Assembly (NCBI GenBank): GCA_027020665.1
Contig: JALUVJ010000014.1
Location: 466 to 64,465, forward strand
Source of the DNA: Nitrospira sp.
Lineage (GTDB): Bacteria; Nitrospirota; Nitrospiria; SBBL01; JAADHI01
Reading direction: 5' to 3'
DNA length: 64,000 bases
This document shows, piece by piece, positions 14,064-23,608 of this stretch. The notes under the pieces are model-generated. The model saw only the letters and a program-made list of their open reading frames with translations, did no database searches and was not told the origin of the DNA. The stretch's first letter is position 1. Each line of letters starts with the position of its first letter. Both the position numbers and the translations under genes were made by a program.

Positions 14064-15374
14064 TTAAGAAGAAAAGAAGCTCTTTCTGAATTGGTTCAGT
14101 TCAACGAGGGTGCGTAAAGGTTTCAATCGGGTGCGGAGTTTTTTGACAATAGCTTGTTGGATGTGGGCCTTGGGCGTTTCCGAAACCGTGAAATAGTCTT
14201 TTAAGACCTCTAACATCAGATCGGGATATTCTTTGAAGAACTTGTTATTTTTATGCGCCCAAACCTCGACCTGTCGATATTTTTTGAGATCTTTTAAGAC
14301 AAAACTCTCCTCAAGCTTTTGAAAATACGCTTTGAGGCCGTTCCGTGAAAAGTCGTCCTTTTTTTTCGCTTCAATAATCGTTTCCGCTGCAAAGAGTCCT
14401 GAGGCCATCGCGAGGTTTGTGCCTTCGTGATAAAAGGAGGCGTTCACCAAGTGCGCCGCATCGCCCACGAGTAAGAGGCCGTCTGCGATGACTTCCGGCA
14501 CTTGTTTATAGCCGCCTTCGGGAATCATGTGTCCGGCATATTCGAGGGTCTTGCCGCCCCGGATGAGCCGACGGATGCTGGGATGATTTTTAAAACGTTC
14601 AAGCAGGTCGTTGGGGACGATTTTTTTGTCGATAAAGGCATTGATCGAGCAGGCGACACCGACCGAGAGGGTTTCCCGATTGGTATAAATAAATCCCGCA
14701 CCGACGGTTCCGGCCACAACATCGCCAAAACATTCTACCGCCACCCCTTCATTGCCCTCAAGCCCGAAGCGGTCTTCAATTGTTCCTCTGGGTAGCGCGA
14801 TGATTTCTTTGGCGGCGACGGCTAAAACGTTCCAGCTAAAGTCTTTGCGCAGGCCGCTTTTTTTCGCCAAAAAGGAATTGACCCCGTCGGCGGCGATCAC
14901 CACGTCGGCTTCGATTTCGCCGCCTTCGCGCCGTGCCTTGACGCCGATGACTTTCCCGTCTTTCCAAAGCAGGTCGTCCACAACGGTTTCCGGGATGATC
15001 AGCGCACCGGCTTCTTTTGCTTTTTTGGCGAGCCAGGGGTCAAATTGCGCCCGCAGGGCCGAGAAACTTTGATTGAAGGGCGGTTTTTGATTGAAATCCT
15101 CGCAGCGAAATTCAAAGGCTGCTTCTGAAGATTCGGAAAAAAGCCCAAAACGGCGTTTGACGATGTGACGTTCCAGCGGTGCTTCTTCCCAAAAACCGGG
15201 CACGAGTTTGTCAAGAATCGGGGTGTAGAGTACACCCCCGAACATGTTTTTTGAACCGGGAAATTCCCCGCGTTCAAAAACGACAACAGATAATCCGGCC
15301 TTTGCCAGGGTAAGGGCGGCGGCGGCACCTGAAGGCCCGGCACCGACGATGGCAACGTCAAACTTATCAGACAT
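14064..15374 (-). CDS. fixC: FAD-dependent ETF-quinone oxidoreductase-like protein (FixC family)
   Basis: 436 aa with the N-terminal dinucleotide fold DVAIVGAGPSGAAAA. It is the last gene of the acyl-CoA DH/etfBA operon. Confidence 0.75.
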   Translation of the reverse strand: MSDKFDVAIVGAGPSGAAAALTLAKAGLSVVVFERGEFPGSKNMFGGVLYTPILDKLVPGFWEEAPLERHIVKRRFGLFSESSEAAFEFRCEDFNQKPPFNQSFSALRAQFDPWLAKKAKEAGALIIPETVVDDLLWKDGKVIGVKARREGGEIEADVVIAADGVNSFLAKKSGLRKDFSWNVLAVAAKEIIALPRGTIEDRFGLEGNEGVAVECFGDVVAGTVGAGFIYTNRETLSVGVACSINAFIDKKIVPNDLLERFKNHPSIRRLIRGGKTLEYAGHMIPEGGYKQVPEVIADGLLLVGDAAHLVNASFYHEGTNLAMASGLFAAETIIEAKKKDDFSRNGLKAYFQKLEESFVLKDLKKYRQVEVWAHKNNKFFKEYPDLMLEVLKDYFTVSETPKAHIQQAIVKKLRTRLKPLRTLVELNQFRKSFFSS

Positions 15375-15400
15375 ATAATGTCCTAAACATTACACGTAAT

Positions 15401-16384
15401 TCACTCATTTTTGATTTTTTTGACCGCTTCTGTCAACAAAGGCACAATTTCAAAAAGATCGCCGACGATGCCGTAATTGGCGATCTTAAAAATAGGGGCA
15501 TTGGGATCTTTGTTGATTGCTACGATGTATTTTGAAGAAGACATGCCTGCCTGATGTTGGATCGCGCCCGAAACACCGCAGGCGATATACAGGGAAGGCG
15601 AGACCGTTTTACCCGTCAAACCCACCTGGTAACTGTGCGGTTTCCAGCCTGCGTCCACCGCGGCACGTGAGGCGCCGACCGCGGCGCCCAGGGCATCCGC
15701 CAAGGCTTCGATGATCGAAAAATTTTCCGGAGCCTTCAGGCCGCGTCCGCCGGAGACAATGATGTCGGCTTCGGTCAGTTCGACCTTCGTATTTGCGCTG
15801 GCAAGCACTTCTTTGATGACGGCTTTTACGGATGAAAGATCCGGCAACGGTGCGATATTTTCGACAAGGCTTTCTTTTGTATCGTCCGGATCATTCACGG
15901 GAAAAACATTGGGCCGCAAGGTGGCGACTTGATATGTTGCCGTTCGGCACTTTACGGTCGAAATGATTTTTCCGCCGTACATCGGGCGTGTGGCGGTGAT
16001 TTTTCCTTCCGAATCGGTTTCGAGTGCGATGCAGTCTCCCGCAAAAGGACCGCCGAGTTTAGCCGCAACCTTCGGGCCGAGGTCTTTGCCCAGGGCCGTC
16101 GCACCCATTAAGATGAGTGTGGCTTCTTCTTTTTTTGCAATGTCCGCCACGGCTCTGCCGTAGCCTTCTGAAGAATAATGAGAAAATCCGGCGTCGTCGA
16201 TGAGATAAACCTTGTCCGCGCCTCTTGCAGTGAGTGTTTGCGTGAGTGCCGCCGTATGTTCACCGATGAGGATCGCCAGGACTTGTGCGTCCGCCGCCAA
16301 TTGCCGGGCCGCACCCAATGCTTCCAATGCAACCCTTTTTAATTTTCCATCTCGTTGTTCTGCGAAGACCAGAATATGCCCCAT
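15401..16384 (-). CDS. etfA: Electron transfer flavoprotein alpha subunit
   Basis: 327 aa. The C-terminal FAD domain pattern is present (VSGGRG, YIACGVSGAIQH, AINKDPNAPIF). Confidence 0.85.
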   Translation of the reverse strand: MGHILVFAEQRDGKLKRVALEALGAARQLAADAQVLAILIGEHTAALTQTLTARGADKVYLIDDAGFSHYSSEGYGRAVADIAKKEEATLILMGATALGKDLGPKVAAKLGGPFAGDCIALETDSEGKITATRPMYGGKIISTVKCRTATYQVATLRPNVFPVNDPDDTKESLVENIAPLPDLSSVKAVIKEVLASANTKVELTEADIIVSGGRGLKAPENFSIIEALADALGAAVGASRAAVDAGWKPHSYQVGLTGKTVSPSLYIACGVSGAIQHQAGMSSSKYIVAINKDPNAPIFKIANYGIVGDLFEIVPLLTEAVKKIKNE

Positions 16385-16442
16385 AAAATCCCCTCGTGAT
16401 TTTCAGTTTGAAAAACGTGTCTTTGATCCCGATTAACGATGC

Positions 16443-17237
16443 CTATAAAACTTTAGCTTCTTCACGGAGCAGTCGAACCAATTCCGAAACCGCTTCTTCC
16501 GCATTGCCTTCAAGCGGCGTGCCTGCTGTTCGGGTCGGGGGCGGGCTGAGTTGGTCGAGCGTGATCACGGCATTGTCCAAGCCGACTGAGTCGGGGGCGA
16601 TCTCCAAATCAGCGAGGCTGAGTACGCTCAGCGGTTTTTGTTTTGCTTTCATAATGCCGGGCAGAGAGGCATAGCGCGGTTCGTTGAGTTCTTTTTGACA
16701 GGTGAAGACCGCAGGCAGGCTGACCTCAATAATTTCTGTGCCCCCTTCAATTTGTCGATGGGCGACGGCTCGATTTTCGTCCGATAAAATTTCAAGCTTG
16801 TTGATGGCTGAGACGTGAGGCAAGTTCATCATTTCCGCAACATAAATACCCACGGCGCCGCTGTCATCATCAATGGCCTGTTTACCAAAAAAAATGATGT
16901 CAAGGTTTTCTCTTTGAAGTGCCGCAGTCAGCACACGCGCAAGGGCATGGGCATCACTGCCTTCCAAGGCCGCGTCTTTAATGTGAATGGCTTGATCCGC
17001 GCCGACGGCAAGACAGGTGCGCAGTGCTTCTGCGGTTTTATCGGAGCCGATGCTGATGACCGTGATGCGTCCTTCTCCCAACTGTTCTTTAATTTTGAGG
17101 GCTTCTTCAACACCGAATTCATCGTAGGGGTTGACGACAAAAGAGAGGCCGGTGCGGTCGATATCCTTGCCGTCGGCGGCGGGTTTGATTTTGGACTCCG
17201 TTGCGGGCACTTGTTTGATACAAACGGCAATCTTCAT
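16443..17237 (-). CDS. etfB: Electron transfer flavoprotein beta subunit
   Basis: 264 aa with MKIAVCIKQVP, NPYDEFGVEEALK and GKQAIDDDSGAVG motifs. The start overlaps the acyl-CoA DH stop (TAATG). Confidence 0.85.
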   Translation of the reverse strand: MKIAVCIKQVPATESKIKPAADGKDIDRTGLSFVVNPYDEFGVEEALKIKEQLGEGRITVISIGSDKTAEALRTCLAVGADQAIHIKDAALEGSDAHALARVLTAALQRENLDIIFFGKQAIDDDSGAVGIYVAEMMNLPHVSAINKLEILSDENRAVAHRQIEGGTEIIEVSLPAVFTCQKELNEPRYASLPGIMKAKQKPLSVLSLADLEIAPDSVGLDNAVITLDQLSPPPTRTAGTPLEGNAEEAVSELVRLLREEAKVL

Positions 17238-18397
17238 TAATAACTCCCTTTTTTCAGGACATCTTCTGCGATAACCATGCGTTGGATTTCGCTCGTGCCT
17301 TCAAAGATTCGGTTGACGCGCGAATCGCGGTAAAAGCGTTCGATGGGGTGTTCGCCCATAAAGCCGTTTCCGCCGTGAATCTGGACGGCTTTATCCACAA
17401 TGCGGTCCAGTGCTTCGGAACAGAACAGTTTACAAATTGCACCCTCTCTTGGAATTTTTTTACCCTGGTCATACATCCAGGCCGTGCGGTAAACGATGGA
17501 TTCCATCTGAAAAATTTCAGCCGTCATGTCCGCGATCATGAATTGAATGGCCTGAAAATGGGCAATGGGTTGTTTAAAGGCGACACGTTTTTTTGAAAAA
17601 TCGACGGACATGGCCAGGACTTCTTTTGCCGCACCGATGCAGGCGGCGGCCAATGAAAGACGCGATTCATCCAGGGTTTCCATGGCGATGACAAAACCCA
17701 TGCCGACTTGGCCCAGTACATTTTCTTTGGGCACGCGCACATCCTGAAAAACCAACTCGGCGGTGGCGGAACCGCGCAGGCCCATTTTATCTTCGATGCG
17801 ATGGGCGGAAAATCCGGGTGTGTCTGCTTCGACGATAAAGGCGGTGATGCCGCCGCGTGCTTTAAGTTCCGCATTGGTCACACTGTAAACGACGATGGTG
17901 TCTGCGATATCGCCGTTTGTAATCCAAAGTTTCGTGCCGTTTAAAATATAGTCATCGCCGTCTTCTTTTGCGGAGAGTTGGATATTCGCGGCATCCGATC
18001 CCGCACCCGGCTCGGTTAAGGCGTAGGCCCCGAGTTTTTCTCCTGTCGCCAAAGGCTTGAGATATTTTTCTTTCTGGGCCTCGTTTCCGCCGATCAAAAT
18101 CGAGGTTCCCGCCAAACCGATATGTGCGCCGATGGTGACGCTGGTGGATGCACAGGCGCGCGAAAGTTCCTCAATCAAAATCGCATAGCCCATTTCCCCC
18201 ATGTTTGCGCCGCCGTATTTCTCGGGGAAGGGGATGCCCAATAGTCCAAGCGGTGCGGCTTTTTTGAGGATGCCTTGAATGAGACCGACATTGTGCTCTT
18301 TGTCGATTTGTTGGGCGAGCGGTTTAATTTCTTGATCAACGAATTTTCGAACCATGTCCCGGAGCATTGTTTGTTCTTCGGTGAAATTAAAGTCCAT
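17237..18397 (-). CDS. Acyl-CoA dehydrogenase
   Basis: 386 aa counted from the MDFNFTEEQ start. Has ALTEPGAGSD and the C-terminal IFEGTSEIQ motif. The 72-codon N-terminal extension in the ORF track runs through intergenic hairpins and is discarded. Confidence 0.85.
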   Translation of the reverse strand: MDFNFTEEQTMLRDMVRKFVDQEIKPLAQQIDKEHNVGLIQGILKKAAPLGLLGIPFPEKYGGANMGEMGYAILIEELSRACASTSVTIGAHIGLAGTSILIGGNEAQKEKYLKPLATGEKLGAYALTEPGAGSDAANIQLSAKEDGDDYILNGTKLWITNGDIADTIVVYSVTNAELKARGGITAFIVEADTPGFSAHRIEDKMGLRGSATAELVFQDVRVPKENVLGQVGMGFVIAMETLDESRLSLAAACIGAAKEVLAMSVDFSKKRVAFKQPIAHFQAIQFMIADMTAEIFQMESIVYRTAWMYDQGKKIPREGAICKLFCSEALDRIVDKAVQIHGGNGFMGEHPIERFYRDSRVNRIFEGTSEIQRMVIAEDVLKKGSY

Positions 18398-18433
18398 AAG
18401 CCCTCTCTTCCAATTGTACCCCCACCTTAAAAG

Positions 18434-18460
18434 CCCTCCCCCGCTTTGTGCAGGGGAGGG
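18434..18460 (-). promoter_or_regulatory. GC-rich stem-loop between crotonase and acyl-CoA DH genes (possible intra-operon attenuator/processing site)
   Basis: CCCTCCCC-N11-GGGGAGGG forms a perfect 8-bp G/C stem. On the transcribed strand it is followed by CTTTT. A second small hairpin, CCCCG-TGAAA-CGGGG, lies at 18477-18491. Confidence 0.35.
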
Positions 18461-18512
18461 AACAAATTTCCCGCCGCCCCGTGAAACGGGGGAGAGACTG
18501 AAGGGGCAATTT

Positions 18513-19307
18513 TTATTTGTCTTGGAACTTGGGTTGACGTTTTTCAAGGAAGGCGGTAATGCCTTCACGCATATCTGCCGTTTGGCAGATTTTTCCAAAG
18601 AGTTCGGCTTCACGGCTCAGGCCGATGGAGAGCGGCTCGTTCATGCCTTCTTCGATGGCTTTTAAAATGGCTTCAATGGCGCACTTGCTTTTTGCGCCGA
18701 TTTTTTTTGCCAGGCCGACAGCCTGTTTTAAGACTTCCCCTTCGGGCACGATCTTGTTGATGAGTCCGATGCGTTTCGCTTCTTCGGCATTAATCATGTC
18801 GCCGCTTAAAATGAGTTCGAGCGCCTTGGCTTGTCCGACGATTCGGGGCAGACGCTGTGTTCCGCCAAAACCGGGGATGATGCCCAGATTGATTTCAGGT
18901 TGTCCCATGCGCAGGCGATCTCCTGCGATGCGCAGGTGGCAGGCCATGGCCAATTCCATGCCGCCGCCGAGACAATAACCGTTGATGGCGGCGATGACGA
19001 CTTTGGGCATCTGTTCAATTTTATTAAACAGGGTTTGGCCGCGCCGGGCAAGCTGTTCTCCGGCTTCCGGGGAGTCAATGGATGCGATGACTTTAATATC
19101 CGCCCCTGCAACAAAGAGCGGGCCGGAGCCTGCGATTACGATGGTTTTGACGGTGTCCTTTTTGCCAAGATCCTCAACGATGCCTTCAAATGCTTCCATC
19201 AAAGGCAGGTTCAGCACATTTTTGGGCGGGTTGTTGAGGGTGACGGTGGCGACCGGACCGTCTTCCGTGTAACTTACAAGTGCGTCTGCCAATGGAGCCT
19301 CCTTCAA
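18513..19307 (-). CDS. Enoyl-CoA hydratase (crotonase family)
   Basis: 264 aa with the AAINGYCLGGGMELAMACH oxyanion-hole motif. Confidence 0.85.
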   Translation of the reverse strand: MKEAPLADALVSYTEDGPVATVTLNNPPKNVLNLPLMEAFEGIVEDLGKKDTVKTIVIAGSGPLFVAGADIKVIASIDSPEAGEQLARRGQTLFNKIEQMPKVVIAAINGYCLGGGMELAMACHLRIAGDRLRMGQPEINLGIIPGFGGTQRLPRIVGQAKALELILSGDMINAEEAKRIGLINKIVPEGEVLKQAVGLAKKIGAKSKCAIEAILKAIEEGMNEPLSIGLSREAELFGKICQTADMREGITAFLEKRQPKFQDK

Positions 19308-19319
19308 ATCATGAAGCGG

Positions 19320-20528
19320 TTAGTAGTGAAAAAAACCTTTGCCCGATTTTTTGCCCAAATAGCCGCCTTGCACCATGCGTTTGAGCATGGGCGCGGGCCA
19401 AAAACGGTCTCCGAGTGATTTGCACAGGTGCTCCAGTTCGGATAAAACGACATCCACGCCGATTTGGTCCGCATAATGCAGCGGACCGCCTTTATCCTGA
19501 GGGAAACCCGTGCCGGCCATCATGGCGATGTCGATGTCTTCGGCGGAGGCGACGCCTTCTTGCAGTGAAATGACGGCTTCATTAATCATGGGCATCATAA
19601 TGCGATTGGCTGAAAAGTCGGTCTTTGTTGTGTCTTCGGCCCGGATTTTTTTGATGATGTCTTCCAAACCGCCTTTTTTCTCGTCCGTATAGTCATAAAA
19701 CCCGGCCCCGCTTTTTACGCCGAGGCGACCGGCGGCGTCGAGTTCGCGAAGGATGCGTGCGGCGGTTGCGCGTGTCCCGTAGGCGTCGTGCAGGATGTCG
19801 GCGACTTTGACGGAAACATCAATCCCGACCATGTCAAAAAGGGTAAGCGGCCCCATCGGCATGCCCAGTTCAAGCAAGGCCGCATCGATTTCTTTTGCGG
19901 AGGCTGCGCCTTCCTGAAGGGCGATGGCAGCTTCGTTGAGGTAAGGCATGAGCAGGCGATTGACCAGGAATCCGGCGCATTCCTGAACCCGAATCGGAAT
20001 CTTTCTCAGGCTTTCCGAAAAAAGCACGACGTCGTCAATGGTTTCTTCCGAGGTGCCGAGACCGGGCACGACCTCGACCAATTTCATCACGGGTGCGGGA
20101 TTAAAAAAATGCATGCCGATGACCTTTTCCGGTTTTTTTGTGGCCGAGGCGATTGCAGAGATGGGCAATGACGAGGTGTTGCTTGCGAAGATGCATCCTT
20201 CGGGACAGACCTTTTCCAATGATTGAAAAAGGGTTTGTTTGGCCGAAAGATCTTCGTAAATGGCTTCAATGACGATGTCCACATCCGAAAAGCCGGTGTC
20301 ATCGGTTGCGCCGCTGACGAGCGCCATTTTTTGCTCTAATTCGGCGGCCGTCATTTTGCCTTTATCGACCCGTCCCTGGTAGATTTTCCGGACGGCGGCC
20401 AGACCTTTATCGACCGCTTCTTGGTTGATATCTCTTAAAATAACGGGAAGCCCTGAATAGGTGATGACTTGTGCAATGCCCGCACCCATTGTTCCGGCGC
20501 CGATGACGGCTGCTTTGTAAATGTACAT
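19320..20528 (-). CDS. 3-hydroxyacyl-CoA dehydrogenase (NAD-binding domain plus duplicated C-terminal domain)
   Basis: 402 aa. Has the VIGAGTMGAGIAQV Rossmann motif, and the C-terminal helical domain pattern appears twice. Confidence 0.85.
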   Translation of the reverse strand: MYIYKAAVIGAGTMGAGIAQVITYSGLPVILRDINQEAVDKGLAAVRKIYQGRVDKGKMTAAELEQKMALVSGATDDTGFSDVDIVIEAIYEDLSAKQTLFQSLEKVCPEGCIFASNTSSLPISAIASATKKPEKVIGMHFFNPAPVMKLVEVVPGLGTSEETIDDVVLFSESLRKIPIRVQECAGFLVNRLLMPYLNEAAIALQEGAASAKEIDAALLELGMPMGPLTLFDMVGIDVSVKVADILHDAYGTRATAARILRELDAAGRLGVKSGAGFYDYTDEKKGGLEDIIKKIRAEDTTKTDFSANRIMMPMINEAVISLQEGVASAEDIDIAMMAGTGFPQDKGGPLHYADQIGVDVVLSELEHLCKSLGDRFWPAPMLKRMVQGGYLGKKSGKGFFHY

Positions 20529-20536
20529 CGTTCCTC

Positions 20537-21727
20537 CTATTTTCTTTCAAGCACCATGGCTGATCCCAGTCCGCCGCCGACACAAAGCGAGGCAACGCCA
20601 AGTGACAGATTACGACGTTTCATTTCTTTTAACAGGGTAATGATAAGACGGGTGCCGCTCATGCCGACGGGATGACCGAGCGCAATGGCCCCGCCGTTGA
20701 CGTTGGTGATGTCTCGTTTGAGTCCCAGTTCGCGTTCGACGGCAAGATATTGCACGGCGAAGGCTTCGTTGATTTCGATGAGTTCCATGTCGGACAGGGA
20801 GAGCTTGGCTTTTTTGAGTGCCGCAGGGACGGCCAGTGCCGGGCCAATGCCCATGCGGGAGGGTTCAACACCGACGGAAGCGTAAGATCGCACGTAGCCT
20901 AAGGGTTCTTTGCCCAATTCTTTGGCTTTTTCCCCTGACATAATGACGAGGGCGGCTGCGCCGTCACTGATGGGACAGGCATTTCCCGGTGTGACGGTGC
21001 CGTCTTCTTTAAATATTGTAGGGTAGAGTCCCAGCATTTGTTCGGTCAAGGCGATATTCGGGCCTTCGTCTTGCGCGAAGGTTTCGGGCGTCACTTCTTT
21101 CCCGGCTGCTTTTTTGGGAATGGAGAGGGGCAGGATTTCGTCACGGAATTTTCCTTCACGGGTTGCGCGAAAGGCACGCTTGTGGCTTTCGACGGCATAC
21201 TGATCTTGTTCCTGTCGCGAGATTTTAAATTCTTCCGCAAGGTTTTCTGCCGTATTGCCCATGATTTGCCCACAGAAACCGTCGGTAAGGCCTTCCCAAA
21301 TGGAGTCGATCATTTGGGAGTGTTTGAGGCGTTGGCCAAAACGCATGTCGCGTGAAACGTAAGGGGCGAGGCTCATGTTTTCAACGCCGCCTGCGATTTG
21401 AAGGTCGGCATCTTCACAGATGATATTTTGGCAGGCGTTGACAACGGCTTGCATGCCGGAGGCGCAGTTTCGTGCGACGGTATATGCCGGTGTGGTGATG
21501 GGGAGCCCGGCCATCAGCATAATGACGCGGGAAAGATTTGTGGCATCACTGTATTGGCCGACACAGCCAAAAATGACTTCTTCGACAAGCGCCGGATCGA
21601 TTTCAGCACGTTTGAGCACTTCGCGCACGATGGTTTCGCCCATCTTTTGATTGGTGATTTCTTTGAGTGCGCCGCCTAAATTTCCAATCGGTGTGCGCAA
21701 ACCCTCAATGATGGCGATATCTTTCAT
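20537..21727 (-). CDS. Acetyl-CoA C-acyltransferase (thiolase)
   Basis: 396 aa with the active-site Cys context NCASGMQAV, NVNGGAIALGHP and the CVGGGLGSAMVLE end. Confidence 0.9.
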   Translation of the reverse strand: MKDIAIIEGLRTPIGNLGGALKEITNQKMGETIVREVLKRAEIDPALVEEVIFGCVGQYSDATNLSRVIMLMAGLPITTPAYTVARNCASGMQAVVNACQNIICEDADLQIAGGVENMSLAPYVSRDMRFGQRLKHSQMIDSIWEGLTDGFCGQIMGNTAENLAEEFKISRQEQDQYAVESHKRAFRATREGKFRDEILPLSIPKKAAGKEVTPETFAQDEGPNIALTEQMLGLYPTIFKEDGTVTPGNACPISDGAAALVIMSGEKAKELGKEPLGYVRSYASVGVEPSRMGIGPALAVPAALKKAKLSLSDMELIEINEAFAVQYLAVERELGLKRDITNVNGGAIALGHPVGMSGTRLIITLLKEMKRRNLSLGVASLCVGGGLGSAMVLERK

Positions 21728-23403
21728 GCGGCTCCTTTTGCTTTTTTCATTTCTTCATCAAGCAATACCCGTCTTAAAACTTTTCCGATGACTGTTTTGG
21801 GGAGTTCATCACGGAAGTCCACTTTTTGGGGCACTTTGAAGCGGGCCAGTTTTTCTTTGCAAAAATCAATGATCTCTTGTTCTGTGGCGGATTCCCCTGC
21901 TTTGAGAATAATGTAGGCCTTGATGATTTCTCCCGCAAATTCATCGGGCAGGCCCACGACAACGGTGTCTTGTACTTTAGGGTGTTGAAAAAGGACTTCT
22001 TCCACTTCGCGCGGATAAACGTTTTCGCCCTTTGTTTTGATCATGTCTTTTTTGCGGTCGACGATATAAAAATAGCCCTCTTCATCCATACGCGCCATGT
22101 CACCCGTGTAAAGCCAGCCGTCGCGTATTGTTTGCGCGGTTTCATCCGGTTTCTGCCAATACCCCTGCATAACCTGCGGCCCTTTTACGATCAATTCCCC
22201 GATTTCGCCGACTTCAAGTGTCTTTGCGCCGCTTTCTTCATCCACGATTTTTGCCAGTGTGTCCGGGAAGGGAAGGCCGATGCTCCCGGGTTTTCTTTTG
22301 CTGTTGATGGGATTGGCGTGCGTGACCGGCGCGGCTTCGGAGAGCCCGTAACCTTCGACCAGTTTCCCTCCGGTATTGGCTTCGAAGCGCCGCTGTACTT
22401 CCACGTGCAGGGGACCCGCGCCGGAGATGCAGGTTTTAATCGAAGAGAGGTCATAGTCATGAACCGTCGGAAAATTGTTGATGGCGACATACATGGCTTG
22501 TATGCCCATGAAGAGTGTGGGTTTTGTTTTTTGAATGGCCTTGAGCACATCTTTTGTGACGAAGCGGGGTTGCAAAATCAGTGTTGATCCTAAATAAATG
22601 GAAAGATTCATGCAAGTGGACATGCCGTAAACATGAAAAAACGGGATGACTGCCAGGAAAATTTCTCCGCCTTCTATGAGTCCGGGCATCCAGTTGCGGC
22701 ATTGCACGGCATTAACAACAAGGTTGCGGTGCAACAACATGACGCCTTTGGGAGTGCCGGTGGTCCCGCCTGTGTATTGAAGCAAAGCAAGATCTGTCCA
22801 GTTGACATCTATATTCGGTGCGGCGGCCGAGGCGGATTTCATGATCTGTGTCATGTCGTAAACAGGCGGTTTTTTGGGGACTTTAATCCACTGTCCTTCT
22901 TTTTTTGCTTTAATGGGATACAGTAGGGACAATAATGTCGGCAGCGCATCCCGAATCGAAGTCAGAATGATGTTTTTAAGCGGCGTTTCTTTGAGCACGC
23001 TTTTGATACGCGGGTAGAAAAAATCCATCGCGATGATCGTTTCGGCCCCGGAGTCCGCCATTTGAACCTGTATCTCGCGGTCGACATACAGTGGATTGGT
23101 CATCACCACAACGGCGCCCAGTTTCAGGGCGCCGTAATAGGCGATGACACATTGCGGGACGTTGGGCAGCATCACGGCGACACGGTCGCCCTTTTTGACG
23201 CCGAGCGCGCTTAAGGCATTTGCAAAACGATTGCTTTGCTCGTCAAGTTCTTTGTAAGTGGTGCCTTTTCCATAAAAAGAAAGGGCATGTTTTTCCGGAA
23301 AACGTGCTGCGGCGTCAGATAACAGTTTGTAGAGTGGAACAATGGGATATTGGATGGATTCGGGGACATTCGGTTCATAGCAGGCTAACCAAGGTTTGTC
23401 CAT
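21724..23403 (-). CDS. fadD: Long-chain fatty acid-CoA ligase (AMP-binding family)
   Basis: 559 aa with the YTGGTTGTPKGV AMP-binding motif, GYGLSE and YTGD. AAGGAGG lies before the ATG. It is the first gene of the beta-oxidation operon. Confidence 0.85.
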   Translation of the reverse strand: MDKPWLACYEPNVPESIQYPIVPLYKLLSDAAARFPEKHALSFYGKGTTYKELDEQSNRFANALSALGVKKGDRVAVMLPNVPQCVIAYYGALKLGAVVVMTNPLYVDREIQVQMADSGAETIIAMDFFYPRIKSVLKETPLKNIILTSIRDALPTLLSLLYPIKAKKEGQWIKVPKKPPVYDMTQIMKSASAAAPNIDVNWTDLALLQYTGGTTGTPKGVMLLHRNLVVNAVQCRNWMPGLIEGGEIFLAVIPFFHVYGMSTCMNLSIYLGSTLILQPRFVTKDVLKAIQKTKPTLFMGIQAMYVAINNFPTVHDYDLSSIKTCISGAGPLHVEVQRRFEANTGGKLVEGYGLSEAAPVTHANPINSKRKPGSIGLPFPDTLAKIVDEESGAKTLEVGEIGELIVKGPQVMQGYWQKPDETAQTIRDGWLYTGDMARMDEEGYFYIVDRKKDMIKTKGENVYPREVEEVLFQHPKVQDTVVVGLPDEFAGEIIKAYIILKAGESATEQEIIDFCKEKLARFKVPQKVDFRDELPKTVIGKVLRRVLLDEEMKKAKGAA

Positions 23404-23534
23404 TGGGCCTCCTTTATCAAGGGGGGGAATTTAATCCCTGAGTCTCATGATTATGAGCATGGGATCTGTTTTTAAATCTACCCAATCATACAGATAAAGT
23501 CAATCCTTTACGGGGCTTTATGCCAAAACCCGCA

Positions 23535-23563
23535 TTGACAGAGATCGTGAATTTGGATACTAT
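23535..23563 (+). promoter_or_regulatory. Sigma70-like promoter for the CBS gene
   Basis: TTGACA (23535-23540), a 17-nt spacer, then TACTAT (23558-23563), about 45 nt upstream of the start codon. Confidence 0.35.
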
Positions 23564-23608
23564 TTTGATATCTTGTTGCTCGGAGAGCCCTTCCTTTAAG
23601 AGGTGAAG

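Noticed and set aside
14064-17237. Electron-bifurcating FixABCX-type system.
   Set aside because: No FixX-like ferredoxin gene follows fixC. EtfB carries GKQAIDDDSGAVG, which resembles the non-bifurcating AMP-binding type as I recall it. A conventional ETF serving the adjacent acyl-CoA dehydrogenase is the simpler reading. This remains unverified without alignment.
18398-18613. 72-codon N-terminal extension of the acyl-CoA dehydrogenase ORF (ORF track 17237-18613).
   Set aside because: The extension translates the hairpin-rich intergenic spacer and overlaps the crotonase gene end. The family-typical N-terminus MDFNFTEEQ begins at 18397.
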